Under the pieces are notes generated by a model. The model did no database searches. It was not told the DNA's origin and saw only the letters and a list, made by a program, of their open reading frames with translations. Below are positions 22,838 through 24,000 of a DNA stretch of 24,000 bases, piece after piece. The position numbers and the translations under genes were made by a program. Location of the stretch: NCBI RefSeq assembly GCF_000246855.1, contig NC_016609.1:4824744-4848743 (forward strand), given 5' to 3'. Every line of letters begins with the position of its first letter. Position 1 is the first letter of the stretch. Source of the stretch: Niastella koreensis GR20-10 (GTDB taxonomy: Bacteria; Bacteroidota; Bacteroidia; Chitinophagales; Chitinophagaceae).

Positions 22838-23398
22838 ATGAAAAAGTTTTTGTTACTCTGTTTTATTTATGCTATCGGCTTGTCTGCCTGTCAAAAAGGC
22901 AAAGATAGCCTTAGTGACGACACCGTTCAGGCTCCCAATAATACTGATAGCACCAAAACCACCGATAGCACCAAGAACAATGGTGGCACTAAGAATAACT
23001 ATTATGTAACCGCAACTATTAACGGGAAAGATTCAGCATTCATTTTGGCCGATGGAGACACCAGTTCCTCGCTTTCTCCCATAACAGTGTATGGTTATAC
23101 TGATAGTACCAAGAAAAAGTATATCTGGTTTGGTATTAATAAAAAAGCGGTAGGAACCTATAAATGGTCTCAAATGGGCTTCCTTGATTACCCAGCTAAT
23201 TATGGCGTAGATCCTTATATGGATACTGAGGAATCCAATATTGTTATTGTTACTTACATTGACGATAAGGTGGTGGAGGGTACCTTTAGTGGGGTCTGTT
23301 TTAACGATCGATGGGACCCAACTATTTTTCATACTGTCCCTTATACCTACCTGTATTACACCAATGGAAAATTCAGGGCAAGAATAATGAGCAAGTGA
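22838..23398 (+). CDS. Hypothetical lipoprotein with a low-complexity T/S/N-rich linker
   Basis: 186 aa with lipobox MKKFLLLCFIYAIGLSAC. The linker is TDSTKTTDSTKNNGGTKNN, followed by a beta-rich domain that ends YTNGKFRARI. Confidence 0.6.
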   Translation: MKKFLLLCFIYAIGLSACQKGKDSLSDDTVQAPNNTDSTKTTDSTKNNGGTKNNYYVTATINGKDSAFILADGDTSSSLSPITVYGYTDSTKKKYIWFGINKKAVGTYKWSQMGFLDYPANYGVDPYMDTEESNIVIVTYIDDKVVEGTFSGVCFNDRWDPTIFHTVPYTYLYYTNGKFRARIMSK

Positions 23399-23466
23399 TT
23401 AGAAAACTGATAGCGGTTGGTCATTCAATTACTGACGCGATTTCAGATTATCGATAATGCAAAAAA

Positions 23467-23492
23467 AGCCGGGCTATCTGTCCGGCTTTTTT
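23467..23492 (+). terminator. Rho-independent terminator
   Basis: AGCCGG (23467-23472) pairs with CCGGCT (23482-23487) across a 9-nt loop and is followed by a T-run to 23492. It is preceded by A7, so it could act in both directions. It lies about 70 nt after the stop of the 22838-23398 gene. Confidence 0.7.
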
Positions 23493-24000
23493 ACTTTACA
23501 TTATTCAGCCCCCACCATTCGTATCTTCATTGTGGACGCAGGCTGGTAGTGTAACTTTGAAATGCTGCAATATTATCTCACGTTCGCAAGGCTATCAACT
23601 GAAGATTGGATATTTATCAAGCGAGCCTGGACGGTTATTGCGATTGCATCCACAAGCGAATATTATTAGAAGGAATAAGATGGCGCAGTAAATTGCTTTG
23701 TGTTGGAGCCTAGCCTATGTTTAAGTGTCAGACTAATTGGGAATATTCCATTCCATATCAGCCAATTCCAATCCCTTTTGGTAAATAACTTTGGCGTTTA
23801 CAGCATAAGATAACTAGGCCAGGAATCAGCAAAAGGAAGTCGATTTTAATAGAAGTAAGGTGCATGAGTTTCACTATTACAAATGCAGCTCACAGGGTTG
23901 TAATTGTAACCAAAGAACTGCTGAGGTTAACCAGGAGTTTGTATATTTTTTAAAGGACTATACCTTGCAGCCCAATTAGTAGCTCCCTTACTATACCACA

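Noticed and set aside
23927-24000. Two minus-strand frames are open at the right edge, ending at 23927-23929 and 23950-23952. Either could be the 3' end of a gene lying beyond the window.
   Set aside because: Only 16-24 codons are visible and they have no recognisable motif, so I cannot choose a frame or assign a product.
13900-24000. A lower-GC compositional island.
   Set aside because: Hand counts of single 60-nt lines ranged from 33% to 55% GC on both sides of the supposed boundary. For example, 18361 gave 33%, 20401 gave 53%, 3001 gave 35% and 11221 gave 55%. I cannot support a compositional shift without a proper sliding-window calculation.
1-24000. CRISPR arrays, rRNA genes, transposases or IS elements, integrases, and prophage structural genes.
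   Set aside because: I found no regularly spaced repeats, no rRNA-like sequence, and no DDE, tyrosine-recombinase or serine-recombinase-like ORF in any frame of the track.

Overview
Bacteroidota-type chromosomal window, probably Sphingobacteriia or Chitinophagia; the taxon is inferred only from gene content (SusC-like receptor, propeller-type sensor kinase, AraC-type outputs). All calls come from manual reading and no searches or statistics were run.

Layout:
(i) 1-5.7 kb: the 5' part of a susC-like TonB-dependent receptor on the minus strand. It is missing from the ORF track because it runs off the left edge. It is divergent from a polysaccharide-type sensor kinase plus a REC/AraC response regulator.
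(ii) 5.9-10.1 kb: an AraC-centred thiol/redox cluster with two AhpD/CMD-like paralogues, a PRX-like WCPYC protein, a thioredoxin-like WCAPC protein, an ABM-like protein and a YHS-domain protein.
(iii) 10.2-13.5 kb: a translationally coupled four-gene unit, DoxX, DinB-like, NRDE(TANGO2-like)::ATP-grasp fusion, LysE-like exporter. I consider this the best candidate for an undescribed system (metabolism of an amide-linked small molecule, possibly a thiol).
(iv) 13.9-14.8 kb: a gene-free stretch with a strong terminator hairpin, a fragment resembling a tRNA-Ser 3' end, 13-nt direct repeats and CACTCAC repeats.
(v) 14.8-17.3 kb: ppsA without an intact 5' end.
(vi) 17.3-23.5 kb: an accessory-looking run of small genes whose spacers share a recurring motif. 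It holds an orphan tandem immunity-like protein, two 2-TM/PH-like membrane proteins, a two-HKD PLD protein interrupted by one in-frame TAA, an OmpA-like lipoprotein and a small lipoprotein.

Several genes carry lesions: two homopolymer frameshifts, one internal stop and one degraded 5' end. Assembly error versus real decay must be checked. I saw no rRNA, intact tRNA, CRISPR array, transposase or integrase.
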